A DNA stretch of 64,000 bases from Kofleriaceae bacterium (GTDB lineage Bacteria > Myxococcota_A > Polyangia > Haliangiales > Haliangiaceae). How positions within the stretch are numbered: position 1 is the first letter of the stretch; every line of letters starts with the position of its first letter. The DNA is taken from NCBI GenBank assembly GCA_965215005.1, contig CBDCCZ010000058.1, positions 1 to 64,000 on the forward strand, read 5' to 3'. The notes under the pieces are model-generated. The model did not search any database. It saw only the letters and a program-made list of their open reading frames with translations, and was not told the DNA's origin. The position numbers were made by a program, and so were the translations under genes. Positions 51,361 through 64,000 of this stretch are shown here, one piece after another.

Positions 51361-52917
51361 TCAGCTCCGCAGGTAGGCGGCCGTCAGACGCTGGAGCTCC
51401 GCTGCCGAAAGCCCCCCAGCGGCTTCGATGGTCACCGAGGCTGCCTTGCCAGTGATGGCTTCGGTTGCCGAAACTTCGGCGATGCCATCGGCGTCCATGG
51501 TGAAGGCGACCTCAACCCGCACTTTGCCGGCTGGAGCGGCCGGCAGGTCACCGAGCACGCAGCGGCCGAGACGACGATTGTCGGATGCCCGCTCGGCCTC
51601 TCCTTGATAGATCTCGATCGCGACGAAGGTCTGATTATCTTCCGTCGTCGCGAAGACTTTCCGCTCTCGGGTTGGAATGGTGGTGTTGGCCGGGATTACA
51701 ACCGACATCTTGTCGCCCGCCACTCGCACGCCCAACGAGTGTGGCGTGACATCGAGCAAGATGATCTCTTGCAGCTCGCCGCCCATGATGCCGCTTTGCA
51801 CTGCGGCGCCCATTGCGACGATCTCATCCGGGTTTACGCCCTTGGACGGCGCCTTGCCGAAAATCTGCACTACCCGCTCCTGCACCGCCGGCATGCGAGT
51901 CATGCCGCCAACCAAGAGCACTTGATCGATGTCGGCGGCCGTGCAGCGAGCATCGCGCAACGCGCCATGACACGGCTCTTCTAGCGCTTGCAAGAGCGTT
52001 CTGCAGGTGCTTTCGAGCTCGCCACGCGTGAGCTCGCGCTGCAGATGCACCGGCCCCATCGCGCCGGCGGCGATGAACGGCAGGTTGATGTCAGTGGACA
52101 TCGCGGAGGACAGCTCGCTCTTGGCTCGCTCTGCTGCCTCTTTCAGCCGCTGCAGTGCCACCGGGTCGCCGCGCAGTTCGATGCCGTGGCTGGTCTCGAA
52201 CTCAGTCGCGAGCAGCTCGATGATGCGCTGGTCGAAATCATCTCCACCGAGATGCGTATCGCCATTGGTAGCAAGCACTTCACAGACGCCAGACTCGATG
52301 GCTAAGATCGAAATGTCGAAGGTGCCGCCCCCGAGATCAAACACGGCCAATCGTTGATCACTCTGATGATGTAGTCCGTACGCAAGTGCGGCCGCTGTCG
52401 GCTCGTTGAGAATTGCGCGGACCTCGAGCCCCGCAATCGCCCCGGCGTCTTTGGTTGCTTGGCGTTGAACGTCGTCGAAGTACGCTGGCACGGTGATCAC
52501 CGCTTCTTCGACGGGCTCGCCGAGATAGTCCTCAGCGACGCGTCGCATTTTGCCGAGCACCTGCGCAGACACCTCCTGTGGCGATACATGGCGCTCACCG
52601 ATCCGAATCCACGCGTCACCGTTGCTCGCCTCTACTAGTGGATAGGGAAGGTTCTGGGCGAGCCGCTGAACCTCTTTGCGGGCGAGCTTATTGCCGATGA
52701 GTCGCTTGGCGCCAAACACGGTGCGAGTCGGGTTTGTGACCATTTGCCGCTTCGATGGAGCGCCAACCACCACGTCACCCGTTTGGCTCCAGCTCACCAT
52801 AGAAGGGGTGGTGCGGCCGCCTTCTTGGTTATGAATGACGGCAGGCTCGCCGGCTTCTAGAACCGCCACGCACGAGTTGGTGGTACCGAGGTCGATGCCG
52901 ATGATGCGCCCTGCCAT
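51361..52917 (-). CDS. Hsp70/DnaK-family chaperone, short form lacking the C-terminal lid
   Basis: GIDLGTTNS, TVPAYF, NEPTAAA, DLGGGTFD, VGGMTRMP and LLDVTP. Ends at 518 aa just after the substrate-binding beta domain. Confidence 0.92.
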   Translation of the reverse strand: MAGRIIGIDLGTTNSCVAVLEAGEPAVIHNQEGGRTTPSMVSWSQTGDVVVGAPSKRQMVTNPTRTVFGAKRLIGNKLARKEVQRLAQNLPYPLVEASNGDAWIRIGERHVSPQEVSAQVLGKMRRVAEDYLGEPVEEAVITVPAYFDDVQRQATKDAGAIAGLEVRAILNEPTAAALAYGLHHQSDQRLAVFDLGGGTFDISILAIESGVCEVLATNGDTHLGGDDFDQRIIELLATEFETSHGIELRGDPVALQRLKEAAERAKSELSSAMSTDINLPFIAAGAMGPVHLQRELTRGELESTCRTLLQALEEPCHGALRDARCTAADIDQVLLVGGMTRMPAVQERVVQIFGKAPSKGVNPDEIVAMGAAVQSGIMGGELQEIILLDVTPHSLGVRVAGDKMSVVIPANTTIPTRERKVFATTEDNQTFVAIEIYQGEAERASDNRRLGRCVLGDLPAAPAGKVRVEVAFTMDADGIAEVSATEAITGKAASVTIEAAGGLSAAELQRLTAAYLRS

Positions 52918-52925
52918 GTCGCCTG

Positions 52926-53645
52926 CTATTTCCCGAAGATCTTTGCAAGCAACCCGCGCTGGGGATCGCCGGCGGAGTCGAGTGCGCGCCGTGCGGCGGC
53001 AAACGCTGGGTCAATCGAAAGGGCGCGCCGCAGCTCAGCCCGCGCTTGGTCGGGGCGTCCAGCTTGCAGATGCTCTCTGCCCCAGGCGTAGTGGAGGTGC
53101 GCGCGCAGCTCGCGGTTCTTGGGATGAGCCACGGCGAGTCGATGCAGCTCCGCACGGGCCTCGCCCCAGCGCTCGCGCTCGCACAGCTCGAGCGCCTCGT
53201 CGAGACCGCTCTTCTCTGCCGCCACCGACTGCTGCGCGGCCTCGAGCACCGTCTGCGCGGTGCTGCGGGGACGGTGCGCGGGTGCTTGCTCGGCGCGAGC
53301 TCGGGCCTCTTCGACTGGCGCCTTCGGTGGCGTCGGCACGGCCGCTGGCGGCTCCGGGGGCCGTGCCGGACGCTCCTGATGCCGCGCTCGCTCCGACAGC
53401 TCGGAGTAGGCCTCTTTGATGAGCAGGAACACCTCGTTGGCGAGCCGCACGACATCCCGGCCACACCGAGCGTACCGCGCGGGATGATGAGACTTGGTGG
53501 CTCGCAAGAACGCGGCGCGAACGGCACCCCCATCAGCGCCGGGCGCGAGTCGCAAGGCCGCGTGGGGCTCACTACCACGAAGCCGCGCCAGCTCCGATTC
53601 CAGCGCCTGTCTGACCTGGTCGTCGGTCCGCTGCACCTCCACCAA
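52926..53645 (-). CDS. J-domain-like/TPR protein
   Basis: VRAAF..SHHPARY..F..IKEAYSELS (HPA instead of HPD), a Pro linker and TPR helices (RRALSIDP). Confidence 0.7.
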   Translation of the reverse strand: MVEVQRTDDQVRQALESELARLRGSEPHAALRLAPGADGGAVRAAFLRATKSHHPARYARCGRDVVRLANEVFLLIKEAYSELSERARHQERPARPPEPPAAVPTPPKAPVEEARARAEQAPAHRPRSTAQTVLEAAQQSVAAEKSGLDEALELCERERWGEARAELHRLAVAHPKNRELRAHLHYAWGREHLQAGRPDQARAELRRALSIDPAFAAARRALDSAGDPQRGLLAKIFGK

Positions 53646-53710
53646 ATGGTACTACGCTCGCCCCGTTAGCGGCAATCGGCGGCTCCTACGCCCGCGGCCT
53701 CGCCCAGAGC

Positions 53711-54223
53711 TCAGTTGTCGAAGACGGCGGTCCAGAAATTCTCGTGCATGGCAATGCCGATAGCGCGTTGAGAATCGTCGAGCATGATGTGGTTGTGGCC
53801 CGGACTATCGAGCCACGCGTCGACCGCGGCGCGGGCGCTGCGCTGGCCACAGGCCACGATCTCGCCGTTCCAGCCGCCACCACCGCAGGCGTTGACGCGC
53901 GCCCCCGGATCAGCTCCGTCGGGGCTATCGTGCGTGCACTCGCGGCGCTCGCCGATATCGGCGGAGTGAGAGTCGGCGGCGCAAAGTAGCGCCTCACGCA
54001 AAACCACCGCAGCGAGGCCGCGCGTCGCCCGCTCTTCATTGATGATGGTGAACAGCTCTTGGAGCTCGGGCGCGAGGGCCTCGTAGAGGTCACCGTTGCC
54101 GTCGGAGTCTGCGCTGGTGTCGCGCGGCACCTGGGGCGCCATATCTTGTGGGCCGTCGGGATCCGAGGTGCTCGTGCAACCCGCCAAGGCAACCGCGAAG
54201 GCCAGCAGCAAGACTTTGATCAT
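53711..54223 (-). CDS. CAP/SCP-domain lipoprotein
   Basis: Lipobox LAG-C, INEERA..GL, AADSHS, GEIVA and WLDSPGH. Confidence 0.88.
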   Translation of the reverse strand: MIKVLLLAFAVALAGCTSTSDPDGPQDMAPQVPRDTSADSDGNGDLYEALAPELQELFTIINEERATRGLAAVVLREALLCAADSHSADIGERRECTHDSPDGADPGARVNACGGGGWNGEIVACGQRSARAAVDAWLDSPGHNHIMLDDSQRAIGIAMHENFWTAVFDN

Positions 54224-54304
54224 GAGGTGCGCAAATTCAATCGCCGTGCCTCATGCAACGCGCTGAAAGCTCACTAGTATAAGCCTCGTACCCCGGCGAG
54301 CTGG

Positions 54305-54347
54305 GGGCGGTGGACCTCGGTCTCACCGCGCCCGAGGTCCACCGCCC
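54305..54347. repeat. Perfect 16-bp inverted repeat with 11-nt loop
   Basis: GGGCGGTGGACCTCGG-N11-CCGAGGTCCACCGCCC between divergent genes. Confidence 0.85.
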
Positions 54348-54421
54348 TCGCTGCAACGCGGACCCATCATGACCACTCCGTCGCCACGTCGGTGGCGGAC
54401 CACCCATTAGGAGGAACAACT

Positions 54422-55027
54422 ATGTCGCGACTCGTTTCTATATCCGCCATCGGTCTCATTTTCACCCTCTCCGGTGCGTGCAAAGGCAAGGACGCCGAAC
54501 CCGAGATCGCCGATGAGCCGGTCGTCGAACCAGTGGTCCCGGAAGCACCCGCAGAGGCACCGCCCCCGACCACTCCCATGACGGCCACCGCCAACCTCGA
54601 ATCGAAGTCGGGGTCAACGGTGACCGGCGTCGTGACTCTCACCGAGACCGACGGCACCGTCGCGATTCGTGGCTCGATTTCTGGCCTCGAGCCGGGCAAG
54701 CACGGCTTTCATATCCACGAAAATGGCGACTGCAGCGCGCCCGACGCCTCTAGCGCCGGCGGCCACTACAATCCTGAAGGCAAGACTCACGCGGGCCCCG
54801 ACGCCGACGCGCACCATGCCGGAGACCTCGGCAACATCGAAGCCAACGAGGCCGGGGTCGCCGAGCTCGACATCAAGGTAGACTTCATCAACCTCGGCTC
54901 AGGCGAGCACGACGTGGTGGGCAAAGCCGTCGTCGTTCACGCCGGTGCCGATGATCTGAAGACCGACCCAGCCGGGGACGCGGGCAACCGTGTCGCCTGT
55001 GGCGTTATCCAAGCGCAGGGTATGTAG
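54422..55027 (+). CDS. sodC: Cu/Zn superoxide dismutase lipoprotein
   Basis: HGFHIHE, SAGGHYNP, HAGDLGN, VVHAGADD and RVACG. Lipobox SGA-C; AGGAGG RBS. Confidence 0.93.
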   Translation: MSRLVSISAIGLIFTLSGACKGKDAEPEIADEPVVEPVVPEAPAEAPPPTTPMTATANLESKSGSTVTGVVTLTETDGTVAIRGSISGLEPGKHGFHIHENGDCSAPDASSAGGHYNPEGKTHAGPDADAHHAGDLGNIEANEAGVAELDIKVDFINLGSGEHDVVGKAVVVHAGADDLKTDPAGDAGNRVACGVIQAQGM

Positions 55028-55434
55028 GTAACCGCGAGTCGCGGCGCGCGGCGGGTCTTCCGCCGTTGACGCAGCGCGCGGACTTCGCCGCGCCGGGTCG
55101 TGCGGCGTCGTTAGGCGCGCGGGACTTGCGCCATCTTCAGGGCTGGCGTCGCGTGCCTCCGTCGGCGCGGCGCCGCCCTTCCTCGAAGTGCGTTGGCAAG
55201 GCGGGCTCGGAACGTTGTCGCACGCACAATCCGATCCCTCCTTGCACCGCAGCCGCCGTCTTTGACCAACGTTTGCCGTCTGTGATGGCCGCCTGCTGCC
55301 TTACATCTTCTAACTGAACTGCCCACTTTCCCCCAATGTCGGTCCGGAGCTATAGGATGCGCCGTCGACCTCGATCCGCGTTCGGTGGTGCTGCCGGGTT
55401 GGCTTCGCTCCCCACCGTTGCAAGGAGGAAAGTT

Positions 55435-58533
<3,099 letters not shown>

Positions 58534-58603
58534 CTACCAACGCTAAGGCCGTCGCGGGAGCGGAACGCGATTTCCGCTCTCGCGAGTGTCCAGTGAGGAA
58601 CAC

Positions 58604-58677
58604 GATCCCATAGCTCAGCTGGATAGAGCGACGGTTTCCTAAACCGTAGGTCGCAGGTTCGAGCCCTGCTGGGATCA
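58604..58677 (+). tRNA. tRNA-Arg (anticodon CCT)
   Basis: Acceptor stem GATCCCA/TGGGATC, D arm GCTC..GAGC, anticodon arm ACGGT-TTCCTAA-ACCGT, T arm GCAGG-TTCGAGC-CCTGC. CCA is not encoded (CTA follows). Confidence 0.95.
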
Positions 58678-58687
58678 CTACCCGGCA

Positions 58688-58728
58688 CCGCAGCGGAGCC
58701 TTCTACTCTCGTAGAGGGCCTGCTGCGG
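58688..58728 (+). terminator. Hairpin downstream of the tRNA
   Basis: CCGCAGCGGAGCCTTCTAC-TCTC-GTAGAGGGCCTGCTGCGG is an imperfect stem with a weak U tract. Confidence 0.5.
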
Positions 58729-58933
58729 CTTCGTACCCGCACCTTGCTTTCTGGCCAGAGCGTCAAGATCGAGCACTCGTGAGACAGAACGCAAGCCGTA
58801 GTCGCGAACTTGAAAAATCCCGCTGGTCGCTCTCATGCCGCCAGCGCTATAGTCCCGGCGCTTGGGACCGGGTCGCGCTGCCGAAGTACGAGTCTCCAGC
58901 TAAACTAGTACGCCTAGAACACGGGGAAAATGT

Positions 58934-59950
58934 ATGATCCTTAACACCAAATCCATATTCGCCCTGCTTGGGGCGACCTCGCTTGCAGCCTGCAGCAATA
59001 CCGCGCCGGAGGTCAGCGCGGGGGAAGACGCTCCTGCCGTCGTCGGCGAGGAGTTTGTTCTCCAGCCAGTCCGCGTCGACGAGGACAGTGACTTCCTCGA
59101 CGACTACCAGTGGGAGCTCGTCTCCCGTCCTGACTCGAGCGAAGCGGTGCTTGAAGACACGATGACTCCCAACCCCTACTTTACGCCGGACGTGGTGGGG
59201 GAGTACGTCGTTGAGGTAAGCGCCAGCGACGGCGACTCCCGCTCGGCGCCGGATCGGGTCACGATCACGGCACGCATCGGTCCCGAAGCCGTGATCACCG
59301 GCATGCCCGAAGCGATGATGGGGAATGCCGGCGGCGTGCTGCCCGGAACCACCGTCACCCTGGACGCTGGCGCCAGCACCGTGACCACTGATCAGATGCT
59401 CACCCTTGAGTGGGCCATCGTTGCGCAGCCGGTGGATGATGAAGATACGCCCGAAGACGAAGGAAGCAAGATCGAGCTTAGCGACGCCGACAAGGCGATG
59501 GAGATGCTCTCGTTCACGTTGATGAAGAAGGGTGTCTACACCTTCCAGCTCACCGTGTCGGATGCTGATTTCTCGAGCACGACCACCTATACCGTGGCGG
59601 TGCGCGAGCCGCCGGAGGCCACCTTCACTGTGCTAGCGCCGACCAACCCGTCGGTGGACGCCGCGTTCACCTTCGATGCGTCGGAGAGCGAATTCGGTCC
59701 TGGTAGCAGCAAGATGTACGAGTGGACCGTGACGCGGGCGCCGGCTGGCAGTGCCGCCATGGTTGAGGGCGAGGCTGCTCAGGTAACGTTCACGCCGGAC
59801 GTGACGGGTGAGTACGACATCACCCTCGTCGTCTCTGACGGCACCTTCAGCAGTGATCCGGTGACCGCAACGATCATTGCGTCGGACGACACCCCAACGC
59901 CGGACCCCATGCCCCCGATTCCGGACCCCATGCCCGTTCCGATGCCGTAA
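58934..59950 (+). CDS. PKD/Ig-like repeat lipoprotein
   Basis: Lipobox LAA-C; three YxW..FTPD..GEY..VSDG type repeats; PDPM-rich tail. Confidence 0.8.
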   Translation: MILNTKSIFALLGATSLAACSNTAPEVSAGEDAPAVVGEEFVLQPVRVDEDSDFLDDYQWELVSRPDSSEAVLEDTMTPNPYFTPDVVGEYVVEVSASDGDSRSAPDRVTITARIGPEAVITGMPEAMMGNAGGVLPGTTVTLDAGASTVTTDQMLTLEWAIVAQPVDDEDTPEDEGSKIELSDADKAMEMLSFTLMKKGVYTFQLTVSDADFSSTTTYTVAVREPPEATFTVLAPTNPSVDAAFTFDASESEFGPGSSKMYEWTVTRAPAGSAAMVEGEAAQVTFTPDVTGEYDITLVVSDGTFSSDPVTATIIASDDTPTPDPMPPIPDPMPVPMP

Positions 59951-60014
59951 CACCATCTCGAGGGCGAGCCATACACTTCGCTCGCCTCCTCCCGCATTGT
60001 CCTTCCGTTCCATG

Positions 60015-60053
60015 ATCCCCGTCGAGCCCTCGCTCGGCGGGGATTTGCTATTT
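60015..60053. terminator. Probable intrinsic terminator between convergent genes
   Basis: ATCCCCGTCGAGC-CCTC-GCTCGGCGGGGAT followed by TTGCTATTT. Confidence 0.6.
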
Positions 60054-60129
60054 CAGCCATCGTGTATCAGGGAGGAGTCGTGTTGAGCGGCGGCGATCGT
60101 GCCCCCTTCGCGACTTCGCGACCTGAGGG

Positions 60130-62193
60130 CTAGGTTTCTCCTTGGAGCACTCGATCGGCGGCGATGAGGGCTTCTTGGCTGCCGGTGATGGAGACGATGT
60201 CGCCGGCGACGAGGCGTTCATCACCGGTGGGTAAGACCACGTCTGCGTGGGGACGCTTGATCGCGAGGATGATTGCGCCAGTCGCGCCGCGGAGGTTCAG
60301 CTCGGCAAGGGTTTTGCCGACGACGGGGCTCTCGTGGCCGATCCGTCGGGGCTCGAGGCTGCCCAGTCCGGGTAAGAGCTCGGTGAGATCGATCGCCTTC
60401 GCTTGCGGGGCTGTGGGCGCGGCATGGTGCCGTTGACGATCCAGCGCTTCGAGCACCACTTGGGCGCTGGCTCGAACATGTTCTTCGAGGTTGGTGGTGC
60501 TCTTCCAGAACGCGATGCCCAGCCCGACGACAATCGCGGCCAGTGAGGTCGCGCCCACGTAAAGAGGCAAAAAGGGCGCGCTGAGCGCCACGAGCGGAAA
60601 GGCGGTGAGCAGGACCAGCGCGAGCTGCAGCGCGAGGACAAAGGCGCGTCGCGGCGCTGCTCCCAAGTCCACGCCGCCTCCGCGCATGGGCAACGAGGTT
60701 TTCGCCAGCTCCTTGCCGAGTGCGCGGGCCACGCGCACCACGCCTATCGCGAATGGGGCGATGAGGACGATCGCTGCGCCGATGACGCTCCATGCGGCGA
60801 TGTCGGGCGGCAGCGACAGCCACGCGCGCAGCTCGGCGGCGAGCCAATCCCGGCCCACTGCCGCGGCTACGACGAGGGCAATGAGTAGCGAGGCGTCGGC
60901 CGCGTACAGCAGCCATAAGCGGTGCGCGCGACTTCGCGTTCGCGGCTCTCGCCGAGTGAGGGACTCGAACCATGCGCCATAAAGTGCCGAGAAGGTCTGT
61001 ACGCTTGGGGGCAATCGCGCGTCCACCGCGACTGCCGCGGCGTCGGATGCGCGAACCAAGAGCGGCGTTAGAAAGGTGGTCACCACGGCTACGCCGACCG
61101 CGACCGCGAGCAAATCCGCTGGTACGACGCCGGCCACGGTGCCGATGCCTACGAGGATGAACGAGAACTCGCCGATCTGCGCAAGGCTCAAGCCAGTACG
61201 AATTGCCAATCGAACGCTCTTCCCCGCCAGGAACGTCCCAAGAGAGATGAACAGCGTCTGGCCTACGATGACCACCATCACTAGCGTCGTGACCAGCAGC
61301 CATTCGCGCCCAAAGACGCGGGGATCGACCAACATCCCGACGGAAACGAAGAACACGGCCGCGAAGACATCACGCAGTGGGGCGACGGAGTGCGCGACGT
61401 CGCTACGACGTCCCGACTCGCCCACGAGCACTCCGGCTACGAAGGCTCCAAGGGCCACAGAATAGCCAAAGTGCTCGGCTAGCAGCGCCAGGCCGAAGCA
61501 CACACCGACCGAGGCGATGAGTAGCACCTCGGCGGCGGAACGCCGATGCGCCTCTCGCACCAGCCTGGGAACGAGCAGGATGCCAACGACAATCATGGCG
61601 GCGACGAACACTCCCAATCTGCCTACCGTGGTGATCAACTCGTAGGCAGGAAGCCCTGCGCCACTCGCGAGAGCCGTGAACATCGTGATGAGCACGATGG
61701 CTGCGAGGTCCTGAATCACCAAGATGCCGAACACTGAGCCTGCAAGCTCCTCGTCGACACCCTGATCGGCGAAGACCCGCGCAACAATCATCGTGGAGGA
61801 GATGCAGATCATCCCTCCTACGAACAGGTTTGCTGGCCACGCCATCCCAAACAACGTCCCTACTAGGTAGCCAAGCCACAACATGGCCGAAATCTGCACC
61901 AGCCCCGCAAGACCAGCCGTCGGCAGCAGCCGCACGAGACGTTGCAGGCTGAATTCCAGCCCAAGCGAGAACATCACCAGAATCACGCCCAGCTCCGAGA
62001 GAGTCTGAATGCGGCCGAGGTCGACGAAGAGCGGCAACGGAACGTGAGGGCCCACAATTACGCCGGCGACCAAGTAGGCGAGCACCACCGGCTGCCGCAG
62101 GCGTTGAAACAGCAGCGCAGCGAGCGTTGCTACGCAAAACACCAGCGCTAGATCTTGTAAGAACGTTCGACTCTCGTGCATCGGCGTTCCCAT
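60130..62193 (-). CDS. CPA2 cation:proton antiporter with C-terminal TrkA-C/RCK-C domain
   Basis: LRQPVVLAYLVAGVIVGP, MFSLGLEF, ISST, QD, LGAFVAG, FFVSVGM, AQIGEFSF and GKTLAELNLR. Confidence 0.92.
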   Translation of the reverse strand: MGTPMHESRTFLQDLALVFCVATLAALLFQRLRQPVVLAYLVAGVIVGPHVPLPLFVDLGRIQTLSELGVILVMFSLGLEFSLQRLVRLLPTAGLAGLVQISAMLWLGYLVGTLFGMAWPANLFVGGMICISSTMIVARVFADQGVDEELAGSVFGILVIQDLAAIVLITMFTALASGAGLPAYELITTVGRLGVFVAAMIVVGILLVPRLVREAHRRSAAEVLLIASVGVCFGLALLAEHFGYSVALGAFVAGVLVGESGRRSDVAHSVAPLRDVFAAVFFVSVGMLVDPRVFGREWLLVTTLVMVVIVGQTLFISLGTFLAGKSVRLAIRTGLSLAQIGEFSFILVGIGTVAGVVPADLLAVAVGVAVVTTFLTPLLVRASDAAAVAVDARLPPSVQTFSALYGAWFESLTRREPRTRSRAHRLWLLYAADASLLIALVVAAAVGRDWLAAELRAWLSLPPDIAAWSVIGAAIVLIAPFAIGVVRVARALGKELAKTSLPMRGGGVDLGAAPRRAFVLALQLALVLLTAFPLVALSAPFLPLYVGATSLAAIVVGLGIAFWKSTTNLEEHVRASAQVVLEALDRQRHHAAPTAPQAKAIDLTELLPGLGSLEPRRIGHESPVVGKTLAELNLRGATGAIILAIKRPHADVVLPTGDERLVAGDIVSITGSQEALIAADRVLQGET

Positions 62194-62491
62194 CTCCGCG
62201 TGGACGTCGCACCCGAATTAGCGCAGTTGCCGGGATCACCTGCAAGCTACATTCGCCCCGACGGAAATCTGACCTGCCCTTGACCGCGCAGAAGTCACGG
62301 CGAGCGCCACCGCACGCGGGTAAGACGGAGTGCTGGAGTAGCGATGGCAGCCCACGCTCGACAGACCAGGCGTCGCTTCGTCGAGCGTGCGAAGGAACGA
62401 CAGGAACTCGGTGCACGAGCTGAGATAGGAGGACCGCGCCAAGTGGCGCTCGAGTGCGCGTTGGACTGGCGGAGGCAGGTACGGGGGTTTC

Positions 62492-62740
62492 TGAAACCGT
62501 CCCACTTTGGTGAATACCTTGAGGGGCTACTGCCCAGGAGAAACCACCAATGTCGAAGCGTGACGTACACGGAGGAGCTCGAGAAAGGCGCGGTCCGCCC
62601 GTGGCTGCCACCAGGCACACGTGCCAGCACTGAGGTCGCGGCCTCGGCCGGGCCGAGTCCGAGCATCCTGCTCCGTTGACAGAAGCGATACGACAGCGAG
62701 TTCGGCGGCGGAGCAACTTCGCAGGACGAGCTCGAGAAGA
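62492..62740 (+). mobile_element. Degenerate IS3-family remnant (left end plus broken OrfA)
   Basis: TG-starting end TGAAACCGTCCCACTTTGGTGAATACC, AGGAG RBS, ATG 62550, then frameshifted YTEELEKGAVR..EVAASAG.SPSILLR*QKRY, where TGA replaces the conserved HTH Trp. No OrfB seen. Confidence 0.6.
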
Positions 62741-63205
62741 CGGAAACGATGCTTGCGTGCCGGGAACGCAGTCGAATCCGCTTTCTGTATCTGGTCAACT
62801 CCATCGGAGGCATAGTCACTCGTCTCCGCCTGCAGGTGGCTGCATGCCCTGGCTGTGGTCTATACGTTGCTCGTCGGCTGCATCGCCGCGGGAGTCGCGC
62901 GCAGGCTCGGAACTGCCCGTGTGCACCATTCACTCGAGGGTGGCGCGGTGTTTCCTGGCGTCGCCTTGGCAGCGTCCGCCACGAGCGGCGACGTTTTGAA
63001 GCAGTCCGCGAGTTGCGAGGGGGGGCGGTGTCGCGGAGGCATACGCGCGAGCGAGAATCGCCACTGCGCGAGGGCGCGGCTTACGGAAGACGCGACTGGT
63101 GCGCGCTCACGGCCGAAACGAGCGATTTTGATTGTGGGCTGCCCCGCTGCGAGATTTGCCAGTGTGCGAGCTGTCGCGCGAGGCGGGCTCTAGTATCGTT
63201 TGAGC

Positions 63206-63634
63206 ATGTTGCTGCGCTTATACGTGGGAACCTTGCTGGCGCTCTCGGTCGGTTGCTCGGGCGCATCGGCGCCGACCGCCGGCGCATCGGAGGTCGCTCC
63301 GGCGCCGCAGGTCTCGCCCGAGGAAGCGCAGCGGCAAGAAGCGCTGCGGGCGCTGCGCTCGCGGCAGGACGAGGCGTGCGAAAGGCTTGGACCTGTGCTG
63401 ACCCGGTGCGCGGTCGAAGATGCCGAGCGGACCATGTCGGCCGAGGAGCTCGCGGAGCTCGACCTTGCCAACACCGCGCCGCGTCACCAGTCACAGCTCG
63501 TCAGCGAGTGTAGACGTAGTGAGCTTTCGGAGCGTCAGGTCGAGGTATACGAGAGCTGCCTCGCCGGCGACACGAGCTGCGAGGTGTTTGTTCCGTGTCT
63601 CGATGCGGCTGCGCCACAGGCGCCGTCCCCCTGA
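63206..63634 (+). CDS. Hypothetical Cys-containing lipoprotein
   Basis: Lipobox SVG-C and six further spaced Cys in a helical body. Confidence 0.7.
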   Translation: MLLRLYVGTLLALSVGCSGASAPTAGASEVAPAPQVSPEEAQRQEALRALRSRQDEACERLGPVLTRCAVEDAERTMSAEELAELDLANTAPRHQSQLVSECRRSELSERQVEVYESCLAGDTSCEVFVPCLDAAAPQAPSP

Positions 63635-63721
63635 CAGCAGCCAATTTCTCGTGCGCCTTGCGCCGCTCGGGTAACGAAAGCGAGGAACGCGCAGCCAGAA
63701 GCCTGCGGCGCACGGCGCGAA

Positions 63722-64000
63722 TCAGTAGCGCAGCAGCGCCTGGTATGGACAGGACAGCTTGCCGGCTCCTTCTAAGAAGGAGAGCTCGATGAGGAAGGCG
63801 CAGCACGCGACGATGCCGTCGCAGGTTTCGATGAGACGGCAGGTAGCCGCTGCGGTGCCACCGGTTGCGATGACGTCATCGATCACTGCGTAACGCTGGC
63901 GCGGGAGGATTGAGTCGGCGTGAAGTTCGACGCGGTCGATGCCGTACTCGAGCTGATAGTCAACTCCAACGGTCTTCGACGGCAGCTTGCCCGGCTTGCG
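63722..64000 (-). CDS. apt: Adenine phosphoribosyltransferase, C-terminal part (runs off the window end)
   Basis: Hand translation: [36 protein letters not shown]. Confidence 0.92.
   Translation of the reverse strand, partial: RKPGKLPSKTVGVDYQLEYGIDRVELHADSILPRQRYAVIDDVIATGGTAAATCRLIETCDGIVACCAFLIELSFLEGAGKLSCPYQALLRY

Noticed and set aside
55030..55430. Possible cobalamin or other riboswitch upstream of the TonB-dependent receptor
   Set aside because: I could not find recognisable conserved riboswitch boxes by eye. An Rfam/Infernal scan would settle it.
62344..62679. 111-aa ORF as a genuine gene
   Set aside because: Its 3' half is better explained as the broken IS3 OrfA frame, and the 5' half has no recognisable features.

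Overview
A high-GC window, most likely from a myxobacterium (inferred from gene content: an ElbD-type ether-lipid synthase cluster, tandem PilZ proteins, a pilX-pilY1-pilV-pilW-fimU cluster, many receiver and sigma54 regulators, Cys-rich secreted proteins). The backbone holds dciA-like (partial), a GT2 enzyme, a phasin-like gene, a two-component pair, a class IV aminotransferase, an elbB-E-like operon, pdxJ, sucAB, HU, an Omp85 barrel with a kinase-like lipoprotein, a minor-pilin cluster, a signalling cluster, a lidless Hsp70 with an atypical J/TPR partner, sodC, a TonB-dependent receptor, tRNA-Arg(CCT), a CPA2 antiporter, an IS3 remnant and apt (partial). The main accessory element is a ~10.3 kb island (about 15.35-25.6 kb) between elbE-like and pdxJ. 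It encodes a signal-peptide-bearing ~2,600-aa Rhs toxin with a ~350-aa Cys-rich insert, followed by an array of orphan toxin-tip/immunity cassettes and a tyrosine recombinase remnant. The orphan cassettes carry no Rhs core sequence. Each begins at a 9-10 bp Ala-Ala-Arg-coding hinge (GCYGCWAGR) that is also present in the full-length toxin just before its toxic domain. This suggests a short-site, possibly recombinase-driven toxin-tip swapping system and is the best candidate for an undescribed system here. All family assignments come from reading motifs by eye; no searches were run. Several start codons were adjusted by hand. Some frameshifts may be sequencing errors.
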